A DNA stretch of 37,245 nucleotides from a virus (taxonomy: Duplodnaviria > Caudoviricetes), in the IMG/VR virus record IMGVR_UViG_3300021082_000068, positions 1 through 37,245 of that record; one strand, written 5' to 3'. The stretch's first letter is position 1. Every line of letters begins with the position of its first letter. The position numbers and the translations under genes are program-made. This document shows, one piece after another, positions 23,844 to 33,249 of this stretch. Under the pieces are notes generated by a model, which saw only the letters and a list, made by a program, of their open reading frames with translations, ran no database searches and was not told the origin of the DNA.

Positions 23844-24982
23844 CAGACTCTTCCCGCCGGAGGTAGGGCGAGCAGCTCGGCGAGGTCGTAGGAGATGACC
23901 GTCGACGCCGGGTGCGGCTCGGGGACGCTCCAGGACAGGCCGACGATCTTCGGCTGGGCGACGATCACCACGCCGCCGCCGGGAGGTCGCCGCTTGATCG
24001 TGATCTGATGCTCGAGGTCGAGCGGGATCGACGCCGTCCAGAGCGCGGAGTTGTAGGCGGGCTTGACCTGGAACCCCTGCATGACCGGCCGCGGCTCCTT
24101 GTAGTTCGTGAGGATCAGGTTCGCTCGAGCGAGCGCCGTCGCGTCCGAGATACCGCCGGCCCCGGTGTACATGCGATGGCGGTAGCGGAGGATCGACGTC
24201 GCGTCCTGGACGGTCTGCGGAGTGCCGCCGAGCGCCGTCACCGTGACGTAGTTATACACCTGGTCCATGTCGTAGCTCTGCGAGAGGGCCGTATACGGTA
24301 GCTCTCCTCCGGAGTCGCCGAAGACCGTCGAGGTCGAGACGACCATTGGCTTGTAGACCACGTAGCCTCGGCGGTCGATGAAGAGCGGTTGGTCGCTCGT
24401 CGAGTTCGCCTGAACGATGAATTGCAGCGCGGCCCAGACGTTGCCGAGCCCTCCCATCAGGCCGAAGCTGTTGGTCGCCACGCCGCCGGAGAGGTCGCGC
24501 ATGGCGGCCGGGAAGATGCAGGTGGCCTGATTGAGGATCGTGCCGATGCGGACGACGGCGTTCTCCGTCGATCCGAAGTTGCCGGTGTAGAGGTTGTTGG
24601 CAAAGACCGCGATCGCGTCGACGAGCCGGAGCTCCGTCTCGGCGTAGGCCTGCCCGTACCTCGGGCTCCACTCGACGTTCCAGGCCTCGGCGAATCCGTA
24701 GAAGAGCGAGTAGTCTGTCCCGAGCCAGTTGCACCCGATATTGACCGGCCGCATGCACCGGAGCGGGTTGTACGGGGAGGCGCCGAAGCCGGGCTCGAAC
24801 CAGCGGATCGGGTTCTTGAGCCGGACGGATCCTCCGCCGGGGCCGATGTCGTCCAGGATGCTCGAGCGCCCTCGCCCCCAGGACATGGAGCGGACGTGCG
24901 GCGTGATGTCCGACACCGTCGGCGAGGCGTCCATTGGGTTCGCCGCGGCCCCGAGCCGGACCCAGTAGGTCGGAGCGGCCAC
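23843..24982 (-). CDS. Minor tail (tail tip/hub-like) protein
   Basis: Directly after tape measure; DITPHVRSMSWGRGRS...LFYGF...LFIDRRG...YNYVTV. Confidence 0.8.
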   Translation of the reverse strand: MAAPTYWVRLGAAANPMDASPTVSDITPHVRSMSWGRGRSSILDDIGPGGGSVRLKNPIRWFEPGFGASPYNPLRCMRPVNIGCNWLGTDYSLFYGFAEAWNVEWSPRYGQAYAETELRLVDAIAVFANNLYTGNFGSTENAVVRIGTILNQATCIFPAAMRDLSGGVATNSFGLMGGLGNVWAALQFIVQANSTSDQPLFIDRRGYVVYKPMVVSTSTVFGDSGGELPYTALSQSYDMDQVYNYVTVTALGGTPQTVQDATSILRYRHRMYTGAGGISDATALARANLILTNYKEPRPVMQGFQVKPAYNSALWTASIPLDLEHQITIKRRPPGGGVVIVAQPKIVGLSWSVPEPHPASTVISYDLAELLALPPAGRV

Positions 24983-24985
24983 GGG

Positions 24986-27900
24986 CTAGACCGTGCGCGT
25001 GATCGTCGGCCGGCCGCGCCTCTGCTCGCGCCGGATCGCCTCCATCATGGCGGGCGCGATAGCGGAGGCGATTTGATCGGGCGAGCCGACCGCGCCGTAG
25101 ACGTTGACCGTGACGGGCGCGCCTCCTCCCGCCCGCGCCGGCGGGCCGATCTTGCGATCTCTCATCGCCGGGACGACCGTCTCTCCCTTATGCCCGTAGT
25201 AGAAGCCGTCCGAGGGGAGCGTCCCGCCCGTCTTGAGCAGGCCGAAGTAGTCGGCGACCTGGCGCCCCGACCAGCCCTCCGGCGGGCGCATGAGATCGAA
25301 CATGCGGTTGAGGCGCGGACCCCAGTCCCAGGCCCAGCGCGAGCGCCGGCGGAAGAGCTGGTCGAGCAGACCGGCATTCGACTGGAAGCTCCCCGTCTCG
25401 ACGGACCGGAAGAAGTTCTCGAGCTGGCCCTCCTTCTCCGCCCAGGCGGTCGAGGCGGCCCAAATCTCGGGGTCGGCCCAGGACGGCATTCCTCCGCCGG
25501 AGCCGGAGCCGGGCGCTCCCGTATCCGAGAGCGTGATACCGTTGGCTCCTGCTCCTCCGAGATCCTTCGGGATCGGCTTCTCGAAGCCTCCGCCCTTCGT
25601 GTAGCTCGTAGCCGCGGCGCCGACCGTCTGCGCGGCCGCCTCGCCGGCGGCCCTCGCGGCGCTCGCCATTCCTGCCGCCCACTCCATACCGAACTGCCGA
25701 CCGGCCTCGTACATGTCGAACTTAGAGAGAGGGCCCTTCCTGGCAGGCGACCCCGGCTCCGCCCTGTCCGCGAGCGCGCCGGCGAGCTCGTCCGCCGCGG
25801 CCTCCACGCCCTTGATGCCGTCCCGGATCCCGTCGGCGATCGCGTCGGCCCACTTCCGGCCGGCCCTCTTGAAATTGATGTTGTACTTGCCGAGGAGCTT
25901 CTCGATCTTGTCCATCATCTCCTTGTAGGTGAGGTCGTGCGCGGCGAAGCCCGCTCGGATCTCCGCGAGCTGGTCGAGAAAGTTCTTCCTCTGCCGGGCG
26001 ATCCTCGCCTCGTAGTCCTTTCTCTCCCGCGCCGCGCGCTTCTCGATCGCCTCGCGCTCGGCCTTGGCCGACTCCTCGAGCGCGGCCCTGGCGATGGCGC
26101 GCTCCGCCTCGACGAGCGCCTGTCGCGCGGCCACGATCGCGTCCTGTTGGGCCTTGATCCGCGCGGTCGCCTGCTCCGGCGTCTCGCCCTCCGCCGCCGG
26201 CGTGCCCGCCTCCGCGGCCGCCAGGGCGGCCTTCGCGTCCGCGAGCGCCTTGTCCCGATTCTCCTTGGCGATCCCCGACTCCATGTCCGCGAGCGCCTGC
26301 TCGGAGGGCGTCAGCTTCTTGAGGCGCTCGGCCCACTTCGCATCGATCGCCGCCAGGCCCTTCGAGAGCCGTTCGTCGAAGGCGGCGAGGCCGGCGTCGG
26401 CGAGCGAGCTCCAGGCCTGCGCCATTGCCTCCCGGGCCTCGAGGATCCTCTGCTTGGAGGCCTCGATCGCGGCCGAGGTAAACGCGCGGGCCTGCTCGAT
26501 CCATGACGGCGTCCTCTGAGAGAGCCCGGCGGCGGCCTCGAGCGCGAGCTTCCAGCCGACCTCCTTGGCGAACGCGGCGATCTGCTTCGCGGTCGCGATC
26601 GCGTCCTTGACCTCGATCCCGAGCGCGAGCGCGAGCATCTTCTTCTTCTCCTTGACGCCTCGAGCGGCTCCCTCAATGATCGGACGGCCGAGGAACTTGG
26701 CGCCGGCGCTCTCCGGCGGCGAGGCGCCGGGGACGTCGGCGTTCGCGATCGCCTGCTGAAGCGCGCCGTTGATCGCGGACTGGAGCGCGCCGAGACCTCC
26801 CCAGACCCCGGCCGCCGCTCCGGACATGACATTCGCCCCGAGCCGACGACCTCCCCGCTCCGCCTGTAGGGCGCCGGCGTCGATCGCCTGCTGGACCTTG
26901 TCGAGGTTGCCGTAGAAGAGCGAGAGGCCTCGGACCTTCGCCTCCGCAATGATCTCCTGCATGGTCGGGATGCGCCCGAGCTCCTTCGTGAGGTCCCGAG
27001 CTACGCCGGCCAGGATCGAGACCTTCCGCGCGGCGCGGACGCCGGCCTCGTCCCCGAGCTCCTTCGCCTCCCTCGCCGCCTTGCGCGACTCTCCGGCGAG
27101 CGTCGCCAGGCCGTCCCCGAAGCGCACGGTGGCGACGGCCGCGGAGAGAGAGCCCTTCTCGTAGCCCGAGCCGGCGACCGTCAGCTCGCGGATCTTGGCG
27201 ATCCCCTGGGTGAGCTGGGTCGTCCTCTCCTGCTCCGCCTTCTTGTGCTCGAGAACGGCCGACTTCACCCCGTCCTGCGCGGCCTTAATGTCGTTCAGGG
27301 ACTGGCGATAGGCGAGATAGGCTGCCTCGCGCGCCGGCGATCCCTCCGCCGTCGAGTCGAGGGCGACCCTCCAGGCCCGCTCGGCCGTCTCTCCTGCGCG
27401 GGTCGCGGAGACGAGCGAGAGCTTGGAGCTCTCGAGCGCCGTCTCCGACTGGTTGAGGCGATCGAGGGAGGCGCGGAGGGCGTCGCCCGATCCTGCCGCC
27501 GCGCGCATGGCCGCGTCAAACGCGGCCGCGTCGATCTTACCCTGTACGAACTTCGCGGTGACTATCCCGACCGCGGCGGCGAGCGGCAGGAGCATCAGGA
27601 AGAGCGGACTCTTTGTTAGGGCGGTCATCGCGAGCTGCGCGCTCGCGATCGCGGCCTTGACCGCGACGAAGGCGCGGCCGAATGCGATGACGGCGATCGC
27701 TCCCGCCGCGAGCTGCTGCCCGAAGTCCGTGCGCAGGAAGGCGACGACCGCCATCACAGACGTCTTGAGGCCTCCGAACGCGGCCATGCCGGCGTTCTTG
27801 ATCCCCTCGAAGTTGCGGCGGACGACGTCCACCATGCCCTCGACGGCGTCGCCGACGCGGTCGGCGACATCTGACATGACCCTCTCGATCTGCGGCCAGT

Positions 27901-28993
27901 TCTTGTTCACGTACTCGAGGATCGAGCGGAGCGCCGGCAGGAGCTTGTCCCCGATCCGGATCGCGAGGACCTCGAGGAGCACCTTCGTCCTCTGCCACTG
28001 GAAGCCGACTCCCTTCGCCTGCTCCGCGAAGGCCTTCGCCGACATGCCCGCGCCCTCCTGGGCCTGGGCCATCGACGCGAGGTTCGCGTTGTAGGTCTCG
28101 AGGTTCTTCCCCGTCAGGCCGACGACTCCGAGCAGGGCCCGGATCTCCGGCGTGAGCTTGGCCGTCTTCGTGACGTTCCCCTCCGTCGCCTTGTCCAGCA
28201 TTTGGAGGACGCCGGCGAAGCCGAGGGACTTGACGGCCGCCTCTCCGGAGGCGAAGCCCTGCTCCTTGAAGAGGGTTGTGAGGTTCGCGCTCGGCTTCGC
28301 GAGCTGGAGCATCGTATTCTTCACGCGCGTCGCCGCCTCGGCCGCCGGCACGCCCTGGAGAGTGATCGTCGCGATCGCCGCTCCGACCTCCTCGAGGGAG
28401 ACGCCGAGCGGGGCCGCGGCCGGGACGAGGTCGCCCATATTCTGCGCGAGCTCCTCGAACGTCAGGACGCCCTTGTTGACCGTCTGGAAGAGAATGTCCG
28501 AAACCTTGCGGGCCTCCTTCGCTCCCAGGTGGTACGCGTTGAGAGCGGCCGTCACGGCCCTGGTCGCGGTCGCGGTATCGGTCAGGCCGGCCGAGGCGGC
28601 CTTCGCCGAGACCGCCAGGATCTTCGTGGCGTCCTTGGCCTTGAAGCCGGACGAGACGATGTCGTACAGGCCGGCCGCGAGAACCTTCGGAGCCTGCGCG
28701 GTCGGGCCCGCCAGGCTCAGGACTTCCTTCGTCAGAGATCCGAGCTGCTTCTCGCCGAGCCGCGCGATCGTATTCACGTTCCGCATGGCGCCCTCGAACT
28801 CGACGGAGGACGTCACCGCCTTCTTGAGGCCGACCGCGACGCCGATCCCCATTGCGACCCCGCCGGCGGCGACGAGCTTCGCCGTCGTCGAGAAGGTACG
28901 GCCGAAGCCCGAGGTCGACCTCGAGGCGCTCCCCAGGGCGCGACGGAGGTCGCGATCGTCCCCGGTAATCCTTACGTTGAGCTCGCGCGCCAT
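24986..28993 (-). CDS. Tape measure protein (TP901-like core)
   Basis: 1335 aa, Ala-rich and helical; FEGAMRNV...SDILFQTVNKGVLTFEELA core; C-terminal HKGETVVP motif. Confidence 0.95.
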   Translation of the reverse strand: MARELNVRITGDDRDLRRALGSASRSTSGFGRTFSTTAKLVAAGGVAMGIGVAVGLKKAVTSSVEFEGAMRNVNTIARLGEKQLGSLTKEVLSLAGPTAQAPKVLAAGLYDIVSSGFKAKDATKILAVSAKAASAGLTDTATATRAVTAALNAYHLGAKEARKVSDILFQTVNKGVLTFEELAQNMGDLVPAAAPLGVSLEEVGAAIATITLQGVPAAEAATRVKNTMLQLAKPSANLTTLFKEQGFASGEAAVKSLGFAGVLQMLDKATEGNVTKTAKLTPEIRALLGVVGLTGKNLETYNANLASMAQAQEGAGMSAKAFAEQAKGVGFQWQRTKVLLEVLAIRIGDKLLPALRSILEYVNKNWPQIERVMSDVADRVGDAVEGMVDVVRRNFEGIKNAGMAAFGGLKTSVMAVVAFLRTDFGQQLAAGAIAVIAFGRAFVAVKAAIASAQLAMTALTKSPLFLMLLPLAAAVGIVTAKFVQGKIDAAAFDAAMRAAAGSGDALRASLDRLNQSETALESSKLSLVSATRAGETAERAWRVALDSTAEGSPAREAAYLAYRQSLNDIKAAQDGVKSAVLEHKKAEQERTTQLTQGIAKIRELTVAGSGYEKGSLSAAVATVRFGDGLATLAGESRKAAREAKELGDEAGVRAARKVSILAGVARDLTKELGRIPTMQEIIAEAKVRGLSLFYGNLDKVQQAIDAGALQAERGGRRLGANVMSGAAAGVWGGLGALQSAINGALQQAIANADVPGASPPESAGAKFLGRPIIEGAARGVKEKKKMLALALGIEVKDAIATAKQIAAFAKEVGWKLALEAAAGLSQRTPSWIEQARAFTSAAIEASKQRILEAREAMAQAWSSLADAGLAAFDERLSKGLAAIDAKWAERLKKLTPSEQALADMESGIAKENRDKALADAKAALAAAEAGTPAAEGETPEQATARIKAQQDAIVAARQALVEAERAIARAALEESAKAEREAIEKRAARERKDYEARIARQRKNFLDQLAEIRAGFAAHDLTYKEMMDKIEKLLGKYNINFKRAGRKWADAIADGIRDGIKGVEAAADELAGALADRAEPGSPARKGPLSKFDMYEAGRQFGMEWAAGMASAARAAGEAAAQTVGAAATSYTKGGGFEKPIPKDLGGAGANGITLSDTGAPGSGSGGGMPSWADPEIWAASTAWAEKEGQLENFFRSVETGSFQSNAGLLDQLFRRRSRWAWDWGPRLNRMFDLMRPPEGWSGRQVADYFGLLKTGGTLPSDGFYYGHKGETVVPAMRDRKIGPPARAGGGAPVTVNVYGAVGSPDQIASAIAPAMMEAIRREQRRGRPTITRTV

Positions 28994-29293
28994 CTAGCCT
29001 CGCTCTGCCTCCGCCATTGCCTGTGCGTGCTGCGCCAGGGTGAGTCCTCCTCCGCCTCCGTCCGCCGGCTCCGTCATTGCATCGACGACGTCCGCGCAGG
29101 CCATTAGCTGGTCATACGTAATGCCGTCGATCTCCGCCGGCGAGACGTGGCAGAAGTGGCCGATTAGTGCACTCCAGTAGAGATGCCCGGCTCGTCCTGG
29201 CTCTCCGAATCGACGACGGAAAGAGGTCCAGTACTTGGCGGACTCGTATCGTCGGCGGACGTCGGAGGCTCGTCGCTCGGCGTCGCTAAAGGG
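28994..29293 (-). CDS. Tail assembly chaperone -1 frameshift extension (gpGT-like)
   Basis: -1 frame open from the slippery site to TAG 28994, encoding HVSPAEIDGITYDQL. Confidence 0.8.
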   Translation of the reverse strand, partial: PFSDAERRASDVRRRYESAKYWTSFRRRFGEPGRAGHLYWSALIGHFCHVSPAEIDGITYDQLMACADVVDAMTEPADGGGGGLTLAQHAQAMAEAERG

Positions 29294-29571
29294 GCCTGCT
29301 CCTCGTCGTCCGGATCCGGGGTGAAGTCGATCTCGGAGTACTTGACGGCGTCCACCCGTCGCTCCGCCGCGGCGAAGGACAGGGCGGGGTTCTCCCGGAC
29401 GAACGCGATATGGATCATCGCGGCCGTCAGGTCGGGGTCGTTGTCGTCGAGCTCCTCGAGCGCCTGGCCCGCCACTCCGGTGTACCGCTTGACGATCCGG
29501 TTCTCGCCGACCGTCAGCGTGTCCAGGGTCACGATCTCGTACTCCTGCCCGTCTATGAGCAGTTTTGCCAC
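29164..29571 (-). CDS. Tail assembly chaperone (gpG-like)
   Basis: Between tube and tape measure genes; acidic; AAGGAGG RBS. Confidence 0.85.
   Translation of the reverse strand: MAKLLIDGQEYEIVTLDTLTVGENRIVKRYTGVAGQALEELDDNDPDLTAAMIHIAFVRENPALSFAAAERRVDAVKYSEIDFTPDPDDEEQAPLATPSDEPPTSADDTSPPSTGPLSVVDSESQDEPGISTGVH
29287..29293 (-). other. Slippery heptamer C CCT TTA for programmed -1 frameshift
   Basis: X XXY YYZ pattern in the correct phase; uses a TTA codon that is rare at this GC content. Confidence 0.8.
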
Positions 29572-29584
29572 GTCTACCTCCTTG

Positions 29585-29944
29585 TTAGAATCCTGCCTCG
29601 CCGCCGAGGCGGCCGAGGAAGTCGTCTAGGCCCTCGTGCACGGCGGCCTGATTCTCCTCCAGCGCCGGCTCGAGTACGTTCCGCATTTGCAGAGCGCCGT
29701 AGTCGCCGCGACGGCCCGTCACTTTCCGGGCCCCCTGCTCGACGTATACGGTCGCTCCCTGCCGGCGGGGCCGGATCGTCGTTACAGACGCTCCGGCGTA
29801 CCGGCCCACCTTCGTCTGCGCCGAGCGCGAGACGGGCTCCGCGACCTTCTTCAGCTCGTCGCCGAGACTCCGGCCGAGCTTCCGGTCGATCTTCCCAAAC
29901 GCCGCGATCAGCTCGCGGAGCCCGCTCGTCACGAGGTACGCCAC
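29585..29944 (-). CDS. Neck/tail-completion protein (HK97 gp10-like)
   Basis: GLRELIAAF...LKKVAEPV...VLEPAL pattern; position in the module. Confidence 0.7.
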   Translation of the reverse strand: MAYLVTSGLRELIAAFGKIDRKLGRSLGDELKKVAEPVSRSAQTKVGRYAGASVTTIRPRRQGATVYVEQGARKVTGRRGDYGALQMRNVLEPALEENQAAVHEGLDDFLGRLGGEAGF

Positions 29945-29946
29945 GA

Positions 29947-30366
29947 CTACGCCGTCGGGTAGGTCATGCCGGCCTGGGCGGAGTTGACGAACTCTGCGTT
30001 GATCTCCGTCACCTCGCCGACTCCTCCGTCGAGCATGTTGTACGTCATCAGGAGGCCCGTCATCAGGGCCGCCGGGTTGGTCGGCGACCTGCCCGCGCTC
30101 GTCGGCCGGACCTCGACTACGATCCCGGTCGTCGAGGCGATCAGGGGCGCCAGGGTCGCGTGTACCTTGCCCGCGGCGAAGTCCTGTAGGAACTTGACCG
30201 TGATCTTGGCATCGCCGAGACCCTTCGCTACGGCCTTGGAGGTCGCACCGAAGGCGGTGATGTCGAGAGCGTCACGGGAGTCCTCGATCGACACGTTGTT
30301 ACCGTGGTCGGACAGGGTCACGCCGTTAACGATGATCAGGGCGTCTGTCAGGGCGAAAATAGCCAT
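29947..30366 (-). CDS. Major tail (tube) protein
   Basis: VNGVTLSDH...LDITAFG...GLGDAKITVKFLQDFA...SPTNP pattern. Confidence 0.85.
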   Translation of the reverse strand: MAIFALTDALIIVNGVTLSDHGNNVSIEDSRDALDITAFGATSKAVAKGLGDAKITVKFLQDFAAGKVHATLAPLIASTTGIVVEVRPTSAGRSPTNPAALMTGLLMTYNMLDGGVGEVTEINAEFVNSAQAGMTYPTA

Positions 30367-30666
30367 CTACTCCTCCTTCTTGGTCTTCGGAGCCTTCTTT
30401 ACCGCCCGCTCGATGTGCCCTCCGGCGACGAGCGCCGCCTCGGCGCCGACCGTAAGAGCTGCCTCGAACGTCTCGCCGGGGCTCGCCCCGTGGACCACCG
30501 ATCCACCGATGACCTTGTAGGTCTGCGGGACGATCTCCAGCAGACCGCTCGCGAGGTTGGTCGCCTCGTCCTCGGGAGAGAACTCCTTCTCGAACTCCTC
30601 GCCCTGCTTGTAGCTCGCGTCCTCGGTGTGTACCTCGAGCGGGAGCAGGATCCGATAGCGGTTCAT
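30367..30666 (-). CDS. Small structural-region protein with an internal duplication
   Basis: Two similar units (VH..GEEFE...E..LASGLLE and VH..GETFE...E..LVAGGHIE); ATGA overlap. Confidence 0.7.
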   Translation of the reverse strand: MNRYRILLPLEVHTEDASYKQGEEFEKEFSPEDEATNLASGLLEIVPQTYKVIGGSVVHGASPGETFEAALTVGAEAALVAGGHIERAVKKAPKTKKEE

Positions 30667-31001
30667 GGCTGCCCCAGCTTGAAAACGCCGACTGTGACGG
30701 TGGTCGTGAACGAGTGCGTAATCGTCCCGAGTCCCGTCGTAGGGTCGGCGAAGAAGTTCGGCGGGAGCGGGCCGATCATTCGCTCCTGCGCGTTCGTCAC
30801 GGAGACGGAGACGTCCGAGACCGTCAGGCCTGCGGGGTCCCCCTGGAGCACCTGCACGACGCAGGTGTCGGGCGAGCCGCCTCCGTTCTTTACGTGAATG
30901 AACGTCTGCGCGTCCGGGACAAACGTGTCCGTCGCCGCGACCGCGGCGTAGGAAGGCGTGAGCCCCGTCCGCACGATGTTCTGCGTGGTCAGTAGAGCCA
31001 T
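30663..31001 (-). CDS. Virion structural protein (112 aa)
   Basis: Beta-rich; FIHVKNGGGS...RMIGP; GAGGAG RBS. Confidence 0.75.
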   Translation of the reverse strand: MALLTTQNIVRTGLTPSYAAVAATDTFVPDAQTFIHVKNGGGSPDTCVVQVLQGDPAGLTVSDVSVSVTNAQERMIGPLPPNFFADPTTGLGTITHSFTTTVTVGVFKLGQP

Positions 31002-31141
31002 ATGTCCTCCTCGACTTCGACGTCGCGCGGAGCCGTAGGCTCCGGGCGCCGGCTCGCGATCTGCGAGCCGTGGGTTGCCGAGATAGCCCTCGAGCTACTC
31101 GTAGAAAGCCCGCCGAGGTCGGCGTAGGAAATCTGTCCCAT
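30989..31141 (-). CDS. Small hypothetical protein (50 aa)
   Basis: AAGGAG RBS before ATG 31141; fills the gap. Confidence 0.45.
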   Translation of the reverse strand: MGQISYADLGGLSTSSSRAISATHGSQIASRRPEPTAPRDVEVEEDIWLY

Positions 31142-31142
31142 G

Positions 31143-31577
31143 CTACTCCTTCCCCGAGGCGCGCACCCGGACGGAGAACTCGCATCCGAGCAGCGGGGAG
31201 GTCTGCCCCTCGCGCACGTAGATCCTGGTCGCGGAGGCGCTCTCGACGACGGCATCGAACGCCGCGCCGGCGAGCACCTGCCCGTCCTCGTCCCTCGTCT
31301 CGATCAGCTCCTTGACGGACGAGGGGCCGTACGGCGCCCGGAGCTCGTCGAGCTGGAGGGCCGCCCCCATGTCCGTCGCGAAGGCGACGACGGCGTAGAC
31401 CGTAAAGAGCCAGGTGTCGTAGCCTCGAGCGAAGGCCTCGTCGTAGACGATCTCGCCGTCGACGACATACAGGCACGGAGGCTTGGGTTGCGCCAGGACG
31501 TATGCGGAAACCTGCATGTCGAGTCCGGACAGGGAGGCGGCGATCGCCTCGCGTAGGGTCTTGGCCGAGGTCGTCAA
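31143..31577 (-). CDS. Tail terminator-like protein
   Basis: LREAIAASL...PKPPCLYV...YDEAFARG...SSVKELIE...LGCEFSVRV; start TTG 31577 by TTGA overlap. Confidence 0.75.
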   Translation of the reverse strand: MTTSAKTLREAIAASLSGLDMQVSAYVLAQPKPPCLYVVDGEIVYDEAFARGYDTWLFTVYAVVAFATDMGAALQLDELRAPYGPSSVKELIETRDEDGQVLAGAAFDAVVESASATRIYVREGQTSPLLGCEFSVRVRASGKE

Positions 31578-32239
31578 TGGACCTCGGCCCGGAGGCGCTT
31601 GCGCGCGGCGTAGTAGCGACGCGTGTCCGCGTCCCGCCGGTCGCCGCGCGAGCGAAAGGCATGGCCCAGGCAGAGCGCCTCTGTGAGGTCTGCGGCAGGC
31701 TCCAGGGGAACGCGCCGGGGCCCGGAGAGCCACCGCCCTGCGCCGTCCACGACGCCGTTGTGCGTCTCCTTGACGGCGAGCCCTCCGCCGGAGGTACGGA
31801 AGAGCCTCCGCCGGCGCTGGATCGCGAGATGCTCGGCGCCCGGCCGGATCATTCCGACCTCGCAGACGTCGCGAGCTACCGTCTCGAGACGGGCCCGGAG
31901 GCCTCGGCTCGAGCGGATCCACTCGTCGCCGTCGACGACGAGGAGCCAGTCCGCGTGGGTCGCGGCGATCCCGTACAGGATCGAGCGCTTCTGAACCTGG
32001 CTCTCCCATAGTTGGACGGGCACCGGAGATACCGTGCGGTGCGTCAGACCGGCCGCGGCCGCCGCCTCCTTGAGCGCCTGCCTCTGCTCCTCCGGCGACT
32101 CCGGGCCGCCGTCGGGGAAGAGCGGCCAGGAGCCGTCCGCCGAGATCAGGAGATCGACCTCGCCGGCGAGCGAGCAGACGAGCCGCTCGAGGAACTCCGG
32201 AGGCTCGTCGTACCAGCAGAGGACGGCGGCGATCCTCAC
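31574..32239 (-). CDS. GT-A fold (GT2-like) glycosyltransferase inside the head-tail module
   Basis: AVLCWYDE, LISADG, QVQKRS, DWLLVVDGDEW (DxD); start GTG 32239. Confidence 0.8.
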   Translation of the reverse strand: MRIAAVLCWYDEPPEFLERLVCSLAGEVDLLISADGSWPLFPDGGPESPEEQRQALKEAAAAAGLTHRTVSPVPVQLWESQVQKRSILYGIAATHADWLLVVDGDEWIRSSRGLRARLETVARDVCEVGMIRPGAEHLAIQRRRRLFRTSGGGLAVKETHNGVVDGAGRWLSGPRRVPLEPAADLTEALCLGHAFRSRGDRRDADTRRYYAARKRLRAEVH

Positions 32240-33249
32240 GAGAGCGCGAGGCTCCGCAGAGGCGCGCGTCGGGAGAGGTCGCCGAGGAGGTCGGCCACCT
32301 GCGGGTCGTAGCGGGAGATGCGCATCGCGATCGCGCCCTCCGTCCCCACGGGGACGATCCCCCAGGGCGCCTCGCGCAGGCGGATCATGAGCTGGTTGGC
32401 AATGATCCCGGTCGCCTGGGCGACCTCCGGCGGGAGAGTCGGCCAGCCGAAGCGCGCGGTGATGGCGATCGACGCCGAGCGCCAGGAGGCCCGCGTCGAG
32501 GCGCGCCAGATCGCGTCCGCCGGCGAGACGAGCGAGCCCGAGGCGCCGACCGCCGACAGGAACTCCCAGGGTAGGCCGAGCGCCGGCGCGTTGGCGGGCC
32601 CGAAGGAGAAGTCCTCGTCGACCGTCCAGGCCGAGCCGTCCGCCTGGACGCCGATCGGATCGTCCTGCTCGAAGAGGTCGTCGATGTAGACGTATCCGTC
32701 CTCGGAGGCGAAGTAGAGGCGGGTCGTCGGAGCGGCGTCCAGGGAGAAGCGCCGCCGGCAGAGGCGATCGACGGAGCGGGAGGCGGCGGGGATCGAGCGA
32801 GCGATGTCCCTGTCCCACTCCGTCGTGTTCGTGATCCCCAGCGACTTCTTGAGATCCTCCGGCGAGATGTAGCCCTCGGCCTGCGGGATCTGCGGGGTAA
32901 TCAGCCAGTGGATGTATCCGCCGTTGGGGTAGCTCCCGACGGCGCCTCCTCCGCCGGGGAAGACGACCTCGTACTCCGCGAGGTAGTTCCCCGCGAGCTC
33001 CGTGTCGCCGTAGACGAGCGTGTAGGACACCTGGCCGCGCGTATCGGGGTCGATCGTCTGCTCGATGTCGGCCTCGGCGTCGATGATCGCCGGGCCTCCG
33101 CCGATCGGGGCGACCTTGAGGGTCACGGTCGCGCCGTCGAGGTCTACGGGCTCGCCGGCGGGGTACGCCTCTGTCGGAGGGCCGAGGAGCCAGTCGCGGA
33201 TGACGAGACCCTCGTCTCCTTGCCGAATGTAGTGATCAGGAGCGGACAC
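32236..33249 (-). CDS. BppU-N-like domain fused to head-tail adaptor (gp6-like)
   Basis: N-term IRQGD...PVDLDGATV...GQVSY...GNYLAEYEV; C-term YISPEDLKKSLG...AASRSVDRLCRRRF...TARFGWPTLPPEVAQA. Confidence 0.8.
   Translation of the reverse strand: MSAPDHYIRQGDEGLVIRDWLLGPPTEAYPAGEPVDLDGATVTLKVAPIGGGPAIIDAEADIEQTIDPDTRGQVSYTLVYGDTELAGNYLAEYEVVFPGGGGAVGSYPNGGYIHWLITPQIPQAEGYISPEDLKKSLGITNTTEWDRDIARSIPAASRSVDRLCRRRFSLDAAPTTRLYFASEDGYVYIDDLFEQDDPIGVQADGSAWTVDEDFSFGPANAPALGLPWEFLSAVGASGSLVSPADAIWRASTRASWRSASIAITARFGWPTLPPEVAQATGIIANQLMIRLREAPWGIVPVGTEGAIAMRISRYDPQVADLLGDLSRRAPLRSLALS

Noticed and set aside
22305-24982. Diversity-generating retroelement acting on tail proteins
   Set aside because: No reverse transcriptase and no TR/VR repeat pair was seen.
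24389-26506. 705-aa plus-strand ORF and many other long plus-strand or alternative-frame ORFs
   Set aside because: They are shadows of well-supported minus-strand genes; Arg/Pro/Gly-rich translations without motifs are expected at this GC content.
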